This document shows, in pieces, positions 41,576 to 52,374 of a DNA stretch of 64,000 bases (positions are counted from its first letter, which is position 1; each line of letters starts with the position of its first letter). Below the pieces are notes generated by a model. That model saw only the letters and a list, made by a program, of their open reading frames with translations. It made no database searches and was not told the origin of the DNA. The DNA lies in the NCBI RefSeq assembly GCF_056712565.1, contig NZ_CM160072.1; one strand, 5' to 3'. Both the position numbers and the translations under genes were made by a program.

Positions 41576-42616
41576 ATGGTCTGGTTAGCGAATCCCGAAC
41601 GTTACGGGCGGATGCAGTACCGCTATTGCGGAAAAAGTGGTTTACGCCTGCCCGCGTTATCGCTCGGTTTATGGCACAATTTCGGTCACGTTAACGCGCT
41701 GGAATCACAGCGTGCGATCCTGCGTAAAGCGTTTGATTTAGGCATTACGCACTTTGATTTAGCCAACAATTACGGGCCGCCTCCAGGAAGCGCAGAAGAA
41801 AACTTTGGTCGCCTGCTGCGCGAGGATTTTGCCGCTTATCGCGATGAACTGATTATCTCTACCAAAGCCGGATACGATATGTGGCCCGGTCCATACGGCT
41901 CTGGCGGCTCACGTAAATACCTGCTCGCCAGCCTCGACCAAAGCCTGAAGCGTATGGGGCTTGAGTATGTCGATATCTTTTACTCTCATCGCGTCGATGA
42001 AAATACGCCGATGGAAGAAACCGCCTCTGCGCTGGCTCATTCGGTACAAAGCGGTAAGGCGCTGTATGTCGGGATCTCCTCTTACTCGCCAGAGCGGACG
42101 CAAAAAATGGTCGAGTTGCTGCGCGAGTGGAAAATTCCGCTGTTAATTCATCAACCTTCGTACAATTTACTGAACCGCTGGGTGGATAAAAGCGGCCTGC
42201 TGGATACCCTGCAAAATAACGGCGTGGGCTGCATTGCCTTTACTCCACTGGCTCAGGGATTGCTGACCGGAAAATATCTCAACGGTATTCCGCAAGATTC
42301 ACGGATGCATCGTGAAGGGAATAAAGTTCGTGGTCTGACGCCGAAAATGCTCACCGAAGCCAACCTCAACAACCTGCGCTTATTGCATGAAATGGCACAG
42401 CAGCGTGGACAATCAATGGCGCAAATGGCGTTAAGCTGGTTGCTGAAAGATGAGCGAGTGACGTCGGTATTGATTGGTGCCAGCCGCGCGGAGCAACTTG
42501 AGGAGAACGTGCAGGCGCTGAATAATCTGACATTTAGCACCGAGGAGCTGGCGCAGATTGATCAGCATATCGCCGATGGAGAGCTGAATCTGTGGCAGGC
42601 GTCTTCCGATAAATGA
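41576..42616 (+). CDS. gpr: L-glyceraldehyde 3-phosphate reductase (aldo-keto reductase), 346 aa
   Basis: AKR-family 346-aa protein (formerly yghZ). Confidence 0.9.
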   Translation: MVWLANPERYGRMQYRYCGKSGLRLPALSLGLWHNFGHVNALESQRAILRKAFDLGITHFDLANNYGPPPGSAEENFGRLLREDFAAYRDELIISTKAGYDMWPGPYGSGGSRKYLLASLDQSLKRMGLEYVDIFYSHRVDENTPMEETASALAHSVQSGKALYVGISSYSPERTQKMVELLREWKIPLLIHQPSYNLLNRWVDKSGLLDTLQNNGVGCIAFTPLAQGLLTGKYLNGIPQDSRMHREGNKVRGLTPKMLTEANLNNLRLLHEMAQQRGQSMAQMALSWLLKDERVTSVLIGASRAEQLEENVQALNNLTFSTEELAQIDQHIADGELNLWQASSDK

Positions 42617-42655
42617 CCTGTTAATAACGGGCGCGAGAACCGCGCCCGAATCAGA

Positions 42656-43219
<564 letters not shown>

Positions 43220-43340
43220 TCAACATATACGTTAAACCTTTGTCGCATAATTCTGAGGGTTAGGGATCTTCCTGGTTCCCTTATCAACGCATCGAGAGCG
43301 TCTACCCTTAAAGGACGTTGAACCTGAAGGGAGAAAAATG

Positions 43341-44225
43341 ATGTCTCATTTAAAAGACCCGACCACGCAGTATTACACTGGTGAATATCCCAAACAGAAA
43401 CAACCGACGCCAGGCATCCAGGCGAAGATGACACCGGTACCGGATTGCGGCGAGAAAACCTATGTTGGTAGCGGTCGCCTGAAAGATCGTAAAGCACTGG
43501 TGACAGGGGGCGATTCCGGAATCGGTCGCGCTGCCGCCATTGCTTACGCGCGTGAAGGGGCTGACGTGGCGATCAGTTATCTTCCCGTGGAAGAAGAAGA
43601 CGCTCAGGATGTGAAAAAGATCATTGAAGAATGCGGACGCAAAGCCGTTCTGCTGCCAGGCGATTTAAGCGATGAGAAATTCGCCCGTTCGCTGGTTCAC
43701 GAAGCACACAAGGCGTTAGGCGGGCTGGATATTATGGCGCTGGTAGCCGGGAAACAGGTTGCCATTCCTGATATTGCAGACCTCACCAGCGAACAGTTTC
43801 AAAAGACCTTTGCCATTAACGTTTTCGCGTTGTTCTGGCTAACCCAGGAAGCGATCCCCCTGCTACCGAAAGGTGCAAGTATCATCACCACTTCCTCAAT
43901 CCAGGCATACCAGCCAAGCCCGCATTTACTGGACTATGCGGCTACGAAGGCGGCAATTCTGAACTATAGCCGTGGCCTGGCAAAACAGGTCGCGGAGAAA
44001 GGTATTCGGGTGAATATTGTCGCGCCAGGCCCGATCTGGACAGCACTGCAAATTTCTGGCGGACAAACGCAGGATAAGATCCCGCAGTTTGGTCAGAAAA
44101 CGCCGATGAAGCGTGCGGGGCAACCGGCGGAGCTGGCCCCTGTATATGTTTACCTGGCAAGTCAGGAGTCGAGCTACGTCACCGCAGAAGTGCACGGTGT
44201 CTGCGGCGGCGAGCATTTAGGTTAA
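43341..44225 (+). CDS. yghA: Short-chain dehydrogenase/reductase, 294 aa
   Basis: Rossmann [10 protein letters not shown] and SDR fold; start at second Met (MSHLKDP). Confidence 0.9.
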   Translation: MSHLKDPTTQYYTGEYPKQKQPTPGIQAKMTPVPDCGEKTYVGSGRLKDRKALVTGGDSGIGRAAAIAYAREGADVAISYLPVEEEDAQDVKKIIEECGRKAVLLPGDLSDEKFARSLVHEAHKALGGLDIMALVAGKQVAIPDIADLTSEQFQKTFAINVFALFWLTQEAIPLLPKGASIITTSSIQAYQPSPHLLDYAATKAAILNYSRGLAKQVAEKGIRVNIVAPGPIWTALQISGGQTQDKIPQFGQKTPMKRAGQPAELAPVYVYLASQESSYVTAEVHGVCGGEHLG

Positions 44226-44266
44226 AAAAATGCCCGGTTGTGAAAAGCAACCGGGCATCATTTTTA
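44224..44266. terminator. Bidirectional rho-independent terminator between yghA and exbD
   Basis: A-tract, stem atgcccggttg / caaccgggcat, then T-tract cattttta. Confidence 0.75.
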
Positions 44267-44689
44267 TTTCGCTTTCGCAGTTTCTTCGCCGACCAGACCT
44301 ATTTTCAGGTAACCCGCCTGATGCAGCGTATCCATTACCTTCATCAACGTCTCGTAATCGACAGTTTTATCCGCACGGAAGAAGATGGTGGTGTCTTTCT
44401 TGCCTTCGGTTAACGCATTCAACGCCGTAATCATTGTTTCATCGGTGACCGGATCGTTACCAATAAACATCGAGTTGTCTGCTTTCACCGACAGATAAAC
44501 CGGTTTTTCCGGGCGCGGCTGCGGCGTGCTGGTAGAAGCAGGCAAATTCACCTTCACATCTACCGTCGCTAACGGTGCCGCCACCATAAAGATAATCAGC
44601 AAAACCAACATCACGTCGATAAACGGCGTCACGTTGATATCATGCATTTCGCCGTTATCGTCGAGGTTTTCGTTAAGATGCATCGCCAT
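44264..44689 (-). CDS. exbD: TonB-system energiser ExbD, 141 aa
   Basis: 141-aa single-TM protein; paired with exbB. Confidence 0.92.
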   Translation of the reverse strand: MAMHLNENLDDNGEMHDINVTPFIDVMLVLLIIFMVAAPLATVDVKVNLPASTSTPQPRPEKPVYLSVKADNSMFIGNDPVTDETMITALNALTEGKKDTTIFFRADKTVDYETLMKVMDTLHQAGYLKIGLVGEETAKAK

Positions 44690-44695
44690 CGGACA

Positions 44696-45430
44696 TTATC
44701 CTGCACGTAATTTTTGTGCGACACGAACCGGATGCGCAGCGGCGCTGGCTTCCAGATCCAGGTCACGGCTTTGCAGCAACAATACCTGCGCTGCAACATC
44801 ACCCAGCATCGCTTTAAAGCCGCCAATCTGGCGTGCAAATACGTTATAGATAACGACCGCAGGAATCGCTGCCACGAGGCCGATTGCCGTTGCTAACAGA
44901 GCTTCTGCAATACCTGGCGCAACGACTGCCAGGTTAGTGGTCTGCGTTTGCGCGATACCAATAAAGCTGTTCATGATGCCCCAGACCGTACCAAACAGAC
45001 CAACGAACGGCGAAATCGCGCCGATGGTTGCCAGATAGCCGTTACCACGGCCCATTTGACGACCTACTGCGGCGACCCGACGCTCCAGACGGAAGCTGGT
45101 ACGTTCTTTAATACCTTCGTTATCGTCGCTGCCTTCTGACAGTTCCAGCTCATTCTGCGCTTCATTGAGCAAATGCAGGCTCAAGCTTTTGCTACCAAAA
45201 TCAGCGGCGATATCGTTGGCCTGGTTTAAGGAACGCGCTTCAGCCAGCAGTTGCTGCTCGCGCTTAAGACGACGCTTCTGATTGAAGAACTCCACGCTCT
45301 TACTGAAGAAAATTGCCCAGGTGACTACGGAGGCCAAAATAAGCCCAATCATCACGCACTTAACGACAATATCGGCGTGCTGATACATACCCCAGACGGA
45401 GAGGTCCGTCTGCATTAAATTATTACCCAC
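44696..45430 (-). CDS. exbB: TonB-system proton channel ExbB, 244 aa
   Basis: 244-aa MotA/TolQ/ExbB family. Confidence 0.92.
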   Translation of the reverse strand: MGNNLMQTDLSVWGMYQHADIVVKCVMIGLILASVVTWAIFFSKSVEFFNQKRRLKREQQLLAEARSLNQANDIAADFGSKSLSLHLLNEAQNELELSEGSDDNEGIKERTSFRLERRVAAVGRQMGRGNGYLATIGAISPFVGLFGTVWGIMNSFIGIAQTQTTNLAVVAPGIAEALLATAIGLVAAIPAVVIYNVFARQIGGFKAMLGDVAAQVLLLQSRDLDLEASAAAHPVRVAQKLRAG

Positions 45431-45461
45431 TGTGTATCTCCAGGACGCAAGTCACAAAATC

Positions 45462-45520
45462 TGTGCATAATAATATCAAAACGACGTCGAATTGATAGTC
45501 GTTCTCATTACTATTTGCAT
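45462..45520 (-). promoter_or_regulatory. Candidate Fur-box-like AT-rich hexamer repeats upstream of exbB
   Basis: Minus-strand sequence aatagtaatgagaacgactatc and gatattattatgca resemble the GATAAT-type Fur consensus; by eye only. Confidence 0.35.
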
Positions 45521-45647
45521 ACTGCCGTACCTTTGCTTTCTTTTCCTTGCGTTTACGCAGTAAAAAAGTAACCAGCACGCCATTTGCGAAAATTTTCTGC
45601 TTTATGCCAATTCTTCAGGATGCGCCCGCGAATATTCATGCTAGTTT

Positions 45648-45663
45648 AGACATCCAGACGTAT
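45648..45663 (+). promoter_or_regulatory. Two tandem MetJ boxes (agacatcc agacgtat) upstream of metC
   Basis: Matches 8-bp met-box consensus AGACGTCT in tandem, 19 bp upstream of the metC ATG. Confidence 0.65.
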
Positions 45664-45681
45664 AAAAACAGGAATCCCGAC

Positions 45682-46869
45682 ATGGCGGACAAAAAGCTTG
45701 ATACTCAACTGGTGAATGCAGGACGCAGCAAAAAATACACGCTCGGTGCGGTAAATAGCGTGATTCAGCGCGCGTCTTCGCTGGTCTTTGACAGTGTGGA
45801 AGCCAAAAAACACGCGACACGTAATCGCGCCAATGGCGAGTTGTTCTATGGACGGCGTGGAACGTTAACCCATTTCTCCTTACAACAAGCGATGTGTGAA
45901 CTGGAAGGTGGCGCAGGCTGTGTGCTATTTCCCTGCGGGGCGGCAGCGGTTGCTAATTCCATTCTTGCTTTTGTCGAACAGGGCGATCATGTGTTGATGA
46001 CCAACACCGCCTATGAACCGAGTCAGGATTTCTGTAGCAAAATCCTCAGCAAACTGGGCGTAACGACATCGTGGTTTGATCCGCTGATTGGTGCCGATAT
46101 CGTTAATCATCTGCAGCCAAACACTAAAATCGTGTTTCTGGAATCGCCAGGTTCCATCACCATGGAAGTCCACGATGTTCCGGCGATTGTTGCCGCCGTA
46201 CGCAGTGTGGTCCCGGATGCCATCATTATGATCGACAACACCTGGGCAGCCGGTGTGCTGTTTAAGGCGCTGGATTTTGGCATCGATGTTTCTATTCAGG
46301 CCGCCACCAAATATCTGGTTGGGCATTCAGATGCGATGATTGGCACTGCCGTGTGCAATGCCCGTTGCTGGGAGCAGCTGCGAGAGAATGCCTATCTGAT
46401 GGGCCAGATGGTCGATGCCGATACCGCCTATATAACCAGCCGTGGCCTGCGCACTTTGGGGGTTCGCCTGCGTCAACATCATGAAAGCAGTCTGAAAGTG
46501 GCTGAATGGCTGGCAGAACATCCCCAAGTAGCACGAGTTAACCACCCTGCTCTGCCTGGCAGTAAAGGATACGAATTCTGGAAACGAGACTTTACAGGCA
46601 GCAGCGGGCTATTTTCCTTTGTGCTTAAGAAAAAACTCAATGATGAAGAGCTGGCGAACTATCTGGATAACTTCAGTTTATTCAGCATGGCCTACTCGTG
46701 GGGCGGGTATGAATCGTTGATCCTGGCAAATCAACCAGAACATATCGCCGCCATTCGCCCACAAGGCAAGATCGATTTTAGCGGGACCTTGATTCGCCTG
46801 CATATTGGTCTGGAAGATGTCGACGATCTGATTGCCGATCTGGACGCCGGTTTTGCGCGAATTGTATAA
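45682..46869 (+). CDS. metC: Cystathionine beta-lyase, 395 aa
   Basis: ORF 45547..46869 trimmed to ATG 45682 ([15 protein letters not shown]); PLP-dependent fold. Confidence 0.92.
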   Translation: MADKKLDTQLVNAGRSKKYTLGAVNSVIQRASSLVFDSVEAKKHATRNRANGELFYGRRGTLTHFSLQQAMCELEGGAGCVLFPCGAAAVANSILAFVEQGDHVLMTNTAYEPSQDFCSKILSKLGVTTSWFDPLIGADIVNHLQPNTKIVFLESPGSITMEVHDVPAIVAAVRSVVPDAIIMIDNTWAAGVLFKALDFGIDVSIQAATKYLVGHSDAMIGTAVCNARCWEQLRENAYLMGQMVDADTAYITSRGLRTLGVRLRQHHESSLKVAEWLAEHPQVARVNHPALPGSKGYEFWKRDFTGSSGLFSFVLKKKLNDEELANYLDNFSLFSMAYSWGGYESLILANQPEHIAAIRPQGKIDFSGTLIRLHIGLEDVDDLIADLDAGFARIV

Positions 46870-47008
46870 CATTGCCACTTTTGGACAATTTTGCAGACAT
46901 TTTATTGTGAAAAGACTTAAATTGTTGCGTCCGGGATCAAGGCGTCCCGGACGATTCAGGAGTACAATAGGCAGATAAAGGCTTAAACGCTGTTCCACAG
47001 GAAAGTCC

Positions 47009-47668
47009 ATGGCTGTTATTCAAGATATCATCGCTGCGCTCTGGCAACACGACTTTGCCGCGCTGGCGGACCCTCATATTGTTAGCGTTGTTTACTTTGT
47101 TATGTTTGCCACGCTGTTTTTAGAAAACGGCTTGCTGCCCGCCTCATTTTTGCCAGGCGACAGCTTGTTGATACTGGCAGGCGCATTGATTGCCCAGGGG
47201 GTTATGGATTTTCTGCCTACGATTGCGATTCTGACCGCCGCAGCAAGTCTGGGCTGCTGGCTAAGTTATATTCAGGGGCGCTGGTTAGGGAATACCAAAA
47301 CGGTGAAAGGCTGGCTGGCACAGCTTCCTGCTAAATATCACCAGCGCGCCACCTGCATGTTTGACCGCCACGGTCTGCTGGCGCTGCTGGCTGGACGTTT
47401 TCTTGCATTTGTCCGTACGCTGCTGCCAACCATGGCGGGAATTTCCGGTCTGCCAAACCGCCGCTTCCAGTTTTTCAACTGGTTAAGCGGATTGCTGTGG
47501 GTCAGCGTGGTAACCAGTTTCGGCTATGCCTTAAGTATGATTCCGTTCGTTAAACGACATGAAGATCAGGTAATGACGTTCCTGATGATCCTGCCAATTG
47601 CCTTGTTAACCGCTGGCTTGTTGGGCACGCTGTTTGTGGTGATTAAAAAAAAATACTGTAACGCCTGA
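47009..47668 (+). CDS. yghB: DedA-family inner membrane protein, 219 aa
   Basis: 219-aa polytopic protein. Confidence 0.88.
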
Positions 47669-47679
47669 CGATTTTCCCC

Positions 47680-47703
47680 GTTCCCGGTTGCTGTACCGGG
47701 AAC
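47680..47703. terminator. Hairpin between convergent yghB and yqhC (gttcccggt ... accgggaac)
   Basis: 9-bp inverted repeat in the 39-bp convergent spacer; weak T-tract. Confidence 0.4.
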
Positions 47704-47707
47704 GTAT

Positions 47708-48664
47708 TTAATTCCCCTGCATCGCCCGCATTCTTGCCGCATCTTCCCCCGGCGTCACACCGAAGTAACGTTTAAACTCACGGCTAAATTGCGATGCGCT
47801 TTCATAGCCGACGCGCATCGCCGCCGCGCTGGCCTTCATGCCGTCGTGGATGATCATCATCCGCGCCTTATGCAGACGGTAATTCTTCAAATACTGCAAC
47901 GGCGAGGTGCTGGTGACAGACTTAAAATTATGGTGGAACGCCGATACGCTCATGTTGGCTTCTGCCGCCAGTTGCTCGACGCTCAGGTTTTCGGTGTATT
48001 TATTCTCAATCCGTTTCAGCACGCGACTAATCAGGCTGAAGTGAGTCTGGCGGCTGACCAGTGCCAGTAACGCGCCGCCGCAAGGTCCGGTCAGCACGTA
48101 GTACAGAATTTCGCGGATAATCTGTTTGCCGAGAATGCGCGCATCCAGCGGTCGCTCCATCACATCCAGTAACCGCTCTGCCGCGCATAAAATCTCTTCT
48201 GATAACGTGGCGGAGTTAATACCGCTGGCTGCCATTGACGGCTGAAAATGTTCATCTTCGCCAATGTCCATCAACAGTTCCTGTAACTGCAAAATATCGA
48301 CATTGAGACGCAACCCTGCCAACGGCACCTCTGACGTGGCATAGGTTTCGCACTCAAACGGCAACGGCACCGTCAGCAGGAGATATTCATTAGCGTCATA
48401 ACGAAACACGCGTTCATTGATATAACCGATTTTATGTCCGGAAAAGAGAATTATGATGCCAGGCTCGTACATCACCGGTGTGCGTGCGAAAGGCGTCTCG
48501 CCATACAACAAACGCACATCGGGCAACAGCTCTGACAAACTATTTTCTTTATTTTTCAGTTTATTAACTTTATCCGCCAGCAAGCGGCAAATCTCTTCAC
48601 GTTTCATATCGCGTAATTTCTTAGGAATAATGCGGCAATTTGATTGTGCGCAATTTTGTAGCAT
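47708..48664 (-). CDS. yqhC: AraC-family regulator of yqhD-dkgA, 318 aa
   Basis: ORF trimmed to [10 protein letters not shown]-terminal AraC-type HTH. Confidence 0.88.
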   Translation of the reverse strand: MLQNCAQSNCRIIPKKLRDMKREEICRLLADKVNKLKNKENSLSELLPDVRLLYGETPFARTPVMYEPGIIILFSGHKIGYINERVFRYDANEYLLLTVPLPFECETYATSEVPLAGLRLNVDILQLQELLMDIGEDEHFQPSMAASGINSATLSEEILCAAERLLDVMERPLDARILGKQIIREILYYVLTGPCGGALLALVSRQTHFSLISRVLKRIENKYTENLSVEQLAAEANMSVSAFHHNFKSVTSTSPLQYLKNYRLHKARMMIIHDGMKASAAAMRVGYESASQFSREFKRYFGVTPGEDAARMRAMQGN

Positions 48665-48800
48665 TTCTCCAGCACTCTGGAGAAATAGGCAAGACATTGG
48701 CAGAAATGAGCATTGAGAGGTACGGCGCTGGCGACCACAATGAAAAACATCAGGCAGACCGATCTCTGCCCTCATATTGACCCAGCAAAGGGAGCAAGTA

Positions 48801-49964
48801 ATGAACAACTTTAATCTGCACACCCCAACCCGCATTCTGTTTGGTAAAGGCGCAATCGCTGGTTTACGCGAACAAATTCCTCACGATGCTCGCGTATTGA
48901 TTACCTACGGCGGCGGCAGCGTGAAAAAAACCGGCGTTCTCGATCAAGTTCTGGATGCCCTGAAAGGCATGGACGTGCTGGAATTTGGCGGTATTGAACC
49001 AAACCCGGCTTATGAAACGCTGATGAACGCCGTGAAACTGGTTCGCGAACAAAAAGTGACTTTTCTGCTGGCGGTTGGCGGCGGTTCTGTACTGGACGGC
49101 ACCAAATTTATCGCCGCAGCGGCTAACTATCCGGAAAATATCGATCCGTGGCACATTCTGCAAACGGGCGGCAAAGAGATTAAAAGCGCCATCCCGATGG
49201 GCTGTGTGCTGACGCTGCCAGCAACCGGTTCAGAATCCAACGCAGGCGCGGTGATCTCCCGTAAAACCACAGGCGACAAGCAGGCGTTCCATTCTGCCCA
49301 TGTTCAGCCCGTATTTGCCGTGCTCGATCCGGTTTATACCTACACCCTGCCGTCGCGTCAGGTGGCTAACGGCGTAGTGGACGCCTTTGTACACACCGTG
49401 GAACAGTATGTTACCAAACCGGTTGATGCCAAAATTCAGGACCGTTTCGCAGAAGGCATTTTGCTGACGCTGATCGAAGATGGTCCGAAAGCCCTGAAAG
49501 AGCCAGAAAACTACGATGTGCGCGCCAACGTCATGTGGGCGGCGACTCAGGCGCTGAACGGTTTGATCGGCGCTGGCGTACCGCAGGACTGGGCAACGCA
49601 TATGCTGGGCCACGAACTGACTGCGATGCACGGTCTGGATCACGCGCAAACACTGGCTATCGTCCTGCCTGCACTGTGGAATGAAAAACGCGATACCAAG
49701 CGCGCTAAGCTGCTGCAATATGCTGAACGCGTCTGGAACATCACTGAAGGTTCAGACGATGAGCGTATTGACGCCGCGATTGCCGCAACCCGCAATTTCT
49801 TTGAGCAATTAGGCGTGCCGACCCACCTCTCCGACTACGGTCTGGACGGCAGCTCCATCCCGGCTTTGCTGAAAAAACTGGAAGAGCACGGCATGACCCA
49901 ACTGGGCGAAAATCATGACATTACGCTGGATGTCAGCCGCCGTATATACGAAGCCGCCCGCTAA
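48801..49964 (+). CDS. yqhD: NADPH-dependent aldehyde reductase (iron-containing alcohol dehydrogenase family), 387 aa
   Basis: ORF trimmed to ATG 48801 (MNNFNLHTP) preceded by aaaggga RBS. Confidence 0.92.
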   Translation: MNNFNLHTPTRILFGKGAIAGLREQIPHDARVLITYGGGSVKKTGVLDQVLDALKGMDVLEFGGIEPNPAYETLMNAVKLVREQKVTFLLAVGGGSVLDGTKFIAAAANYPENIDPWHILQTGGKEIKSAIPMGCVLTLPATGSESNAGAVISRKTTGDKQAFHSAHVQPVFAVLDPVYTYTLPSRQVANGVVDAFVHTVEQYVTKPVDAKIQDRFAEGILLTLIEDGPKALKEPENYDVRANVMWAATQALNGLIGAGVPQDWATHMLGHELTAMHGLDHAQTLAIVLPALWNEKRDTKRAKLLQYAERVWNITEGSDDERIDAAIAATRNFFEQLGVPTHLSDYGLDGSSIPALLKKLEEHGMTQLGENHDITLDVSRRIYEAAR

Positions 49965-50024
49965 GCTTTTTACGCCTCAAACTTTCGTTTTCGGGCATTT
50001 CGTCCAGACTTAAGTTCACAACAC

Positions 50025-50048
50025 CTCACCGGAGCCTGCTCCGGTGAG
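50025..50048 (+). other. Stem-loop (ctcaccggag cctg ctccggtgag) in yqhD-dkgA spacer
   Basis: Perfect 10-bp inverted repeat 20 bp upstream of dkgA ATG; no T-tract, so more likely an mRNA stability/processing element than a terminator. Confidence 0.4.
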
Positions 50049-50068
50049 TTCATATAAAGGAGGAACGT

Positions 50069-50896
50069 ATGGCTAATCCAACCGTTATTAAGCTACAGGA
50101 TGGCAATGTCATGCCCCAGCTGGGACTGGGCGTCTGGCAAGCAAGTAATGAGGAAGTAATCACCGCCATTCAAAAAGCGTTAGAAGTGGGTTATCGCTCG
50201 ATTGATACCGCCGCAGCCTACAAGAACGAAGAAGGTGTCGGCAAAGCCCTGAAAAATGCCTCAGTCAACAGAGAAGAACTGTTCATCACCACTAAGCTGT
50301 GGAACGACGACCACAAGCGCCCCCGCGAAGCCCTGCTCGACAGCCTGAAAAAACTCCAGCTTGATTATATCGACCTCTATTTAATGCACTGGCCCGTTCC
50401 CGCTATCGACCATTATGTCGAAGCATGGAAAGGCATGATCGAATTGCAAAAAGAGGGATTAATCAAAAGCATCGGCGTGTGCAACTTCCAGATCCATCAC
50501 CTGCAACGCCTGATTGATGAAACTGGCGTGACGCCTGTGATAAACCAGATCGAACTTCACCCGCTGATGCAACAACGCCAGCTACATGCCTGGAACGCGA
50601 CACACAAAATCCAGACCGAATCCTGGAGCCCATTAGCGCAAGGAGGGAAAGGCGTTTTCGATCAGAAAGTCATTCGCGATCTGGCAGATAAATACGGCAA
50701 AACCCCTGCGCAGATTGTTATCCGCTGGCATCTGGATAGCGGCCTGGTGGTGATCCCAAAATCGGTCACACCTTCACGCATTGTCGAAAACTTTGATGTC
50801 TGGGATTTCCGTCTCGACAAAGACGAACTTGGCGAAATTGCAAAACTCGATCAGGGCAAGCGTCTCGGTCCCGATCCTGACCAGTTCGGCGGCTAA
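50069..50896 (+). CDS. dkgA: 2,5-diketo-D-gluconate reductase A / methylglyoxal reductase (AKR), 275 aa
   Basis: 275-aa aldo-keto reductase. Confidence 0.92.
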   Translation: MANPTVIKLQDGNVMPQLGLGVWQASNEEVITAIQKALEVGYRSIDTAAAYKNEEGVGKALKNASVNREELFITTKLWNDDHKRPREALLDSLKKLQLDYIDLYLMHWPVPAIDHYVEAWKGMIELQKEGLIKSIGVCNFQIHHLQRLIDETGVTPVINQIELHPLMQQRQLHAWNATHKIQTESWSPLAQGGKGVFDQKVIRDLADKYGKTPAQIVIRWHLDSGLVVIPKSVTPSRIVENFDVWDFRLDKDELGEIAKLDQGKRLGPDPDQFGG

Positions 50897-51095
50897 CGTG
50901 CAAATTCTCCCGGTGGCGGTAATGTTCCGCTACCGGACTTTTCAGAAATCATTTATTCCCCTCGCGTCCCGCCCGTTGCTACTCTTCCTTGTTCAGGAAT
51001 GCCAAATATAAGGACATCATCATGCAGAGCCGGAAGCTCTTAAAAGAACAACTCATCTATATCCGGGATAAACGCAACGGAGAGGTGAAAAACAG

Positions 51096-52022
51096 ATGAA
51101 AATAATACTTCTGTTTTTAGCAGCCCTGGCAAGTTTTACCGTACACGCACAGCCCCCCTCACAGACCGTAGAACAAACAGTCCGGCATATTTATCAGAAC
51201 TATAAATCAGATGCCACTGCCCCTTATTTTGGTGAAACCGGAGAGCGAGCGATAACTTCTGCGCGTATTCAACAGGCGCTTACCCTGAACGACAATCTTA
51301 CGCTGCCGGGCAATATTGGCTGGCTGGATTATGATCCGGTTTGTGATTGTCAGGATTTTGGCGATCTGGTGTTAGAAAGCGTAGCGATAACCCAAACTGA
51401 CGCCGATCATGCCGATGCCGTTGTGCGCTTTCGTATCTTTAAAGACGATAAAGAAAAGACCTCGCAGACACTGAAAATGGTGGCGGAAAATGGTCGTTGG
51501 GTCATTGGCGATATTGTCAGCAATCATGGCAGCGTCTTACAAGCGGTTAATAGCGAGAATGAAAAAACGCTGGCCGCTATAGCTTCGTTGCAAAAAGAAC
51601 AGCCGGAAGCCTTTGTTGCCGAACTCTTTGAACATATTGCTGATTATAGCTGGCCGTGGACGTGGGTGGTTTCCGACTCTTACCGCCAGGCGGTCAATGC
51701 CTTCTATAAAACCACCTTCAAGACGGCCAACAATCCCGATGAAGATATGCAAATAGAACGGCAATTTATTTACGACAATCCGATCTGTTTTGGCGAAGAG
51801 TCGTTATTTTCACGCGTTGATGAAATTCGAGTCCTGGAGAAAACCACCGATTCCGCCCGCATTCATGTTCGCTTTACGCTGACCAATGGCAACAACGAAG
51901 AGCAAGAACTGATTTTACAGCGGCGCGAAGGTAAGTGGGAAATCGCTGATTTTATCCGCCCGAACAGCGGCAGCCTACTTAAGCAGATTGAGGCAAAAAC
52001 CGCCGCCAGATTAAAACAATGA
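51096..52022 (+). CDS. yqhG: Periplasmic protein YqhG with signal peptide, 308 aa
   Basis: 308-aa ORF with N-terminal signal peptide. Confidence 0.85.
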   Translation: MKIILLFLAALASFTVHAQPPSQTVEQTVRHIYQNYKSDATAPYFGETGERAITSARIQQALTLNDNLTLPGNIGWLDYDPVCDCQDFGDLVLESVAITQTDADHADAVVRFRIFKDDKEKTSQTLKMVAENGRWVIGDIVSNHGSVLQAVNSENEKTLAAIASLQKEQPEAFVAELFEHIADYSWPWTWVVSDSYRQAVNAFYKTTFKTANNPDEDMQIERQFIYDNPICFGEESLFSRVDEIRVLEKTTDSARIHVRFTLTNGNNEEQELILQRREGKWEIADFIRPNSGSLLKQIEAKTAARLKQ

Positions 52023-52072
52023 GCTGAATTAAATAACAATTAGCCGGAACAATAAATAAAAGGGAACACTAT

Positions 52073-52330
52073 ATGAAAACGATTTTCACCGTGGGAGCTG
52101 TTGTTCTGGCAACCTGCTTGCTCAGTGGCTGCGTCAATGAGCAAAAGATCAATCAGCTGGCGAGCAATGTGCAAACATTAAATGCCAAAATCGCCCGGCT
52201 TGAGCAGGATATGAAAGCATTACGCCCACAAATCTATGCTGCCAAATCCGAAGCTAACAGAGCCAATACGCGTCTTGATGCACAGGACTATTTCGACTGC
52301 CTGCGCTGCTTGCGTATGTACGCAGAATGA
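52073..52330 (+). CDS. yqhH: Lpp-like small lipoprotein, 85 aa
   Basis: Lipobox LLSGC; coiled-coil KIAR LEQD region similar to Braun lipoprotein. Confidence 0.85.
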   Translation: MKTIFTVGAVVLATCLLSGCVNEQKINQLASNVQTLNAKIARLEQDMKALRPQIYAAKSEANRANTRLDAQDYFDCLRCLRMYAE

Positions 52331-52331
52331 T

Positions 52332-52374
52332 AAAAAAATCCCCGGCAGCATTCTGTTACCGGGGATATTTTTTA
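52332..52374. terminator. Bidirectional rho-independent terminator between yqhH and ygiQ
   Basis: A-tract, stem atccccgg ... ccggggat, then T-tract attttttt. Confidence 0.75.

Noticed and set aside
42624..42645. Hairpin cgggcgcg agaac cgcgcccg between gpr and yqhA as a terminator
   Set aside because: Stem is GC-rich but neither flank has a convincing T-tract, so it is not listed as a feature; it may still act as a weak bidirectional terminator
46930..46955. Inverted repeat gtccggga...tcccggac downstream of metC
   Set aside because: No T-tract follows on the + strand and yghB starts 50 bp later; too ambiguous to call terminator versus REP fragment
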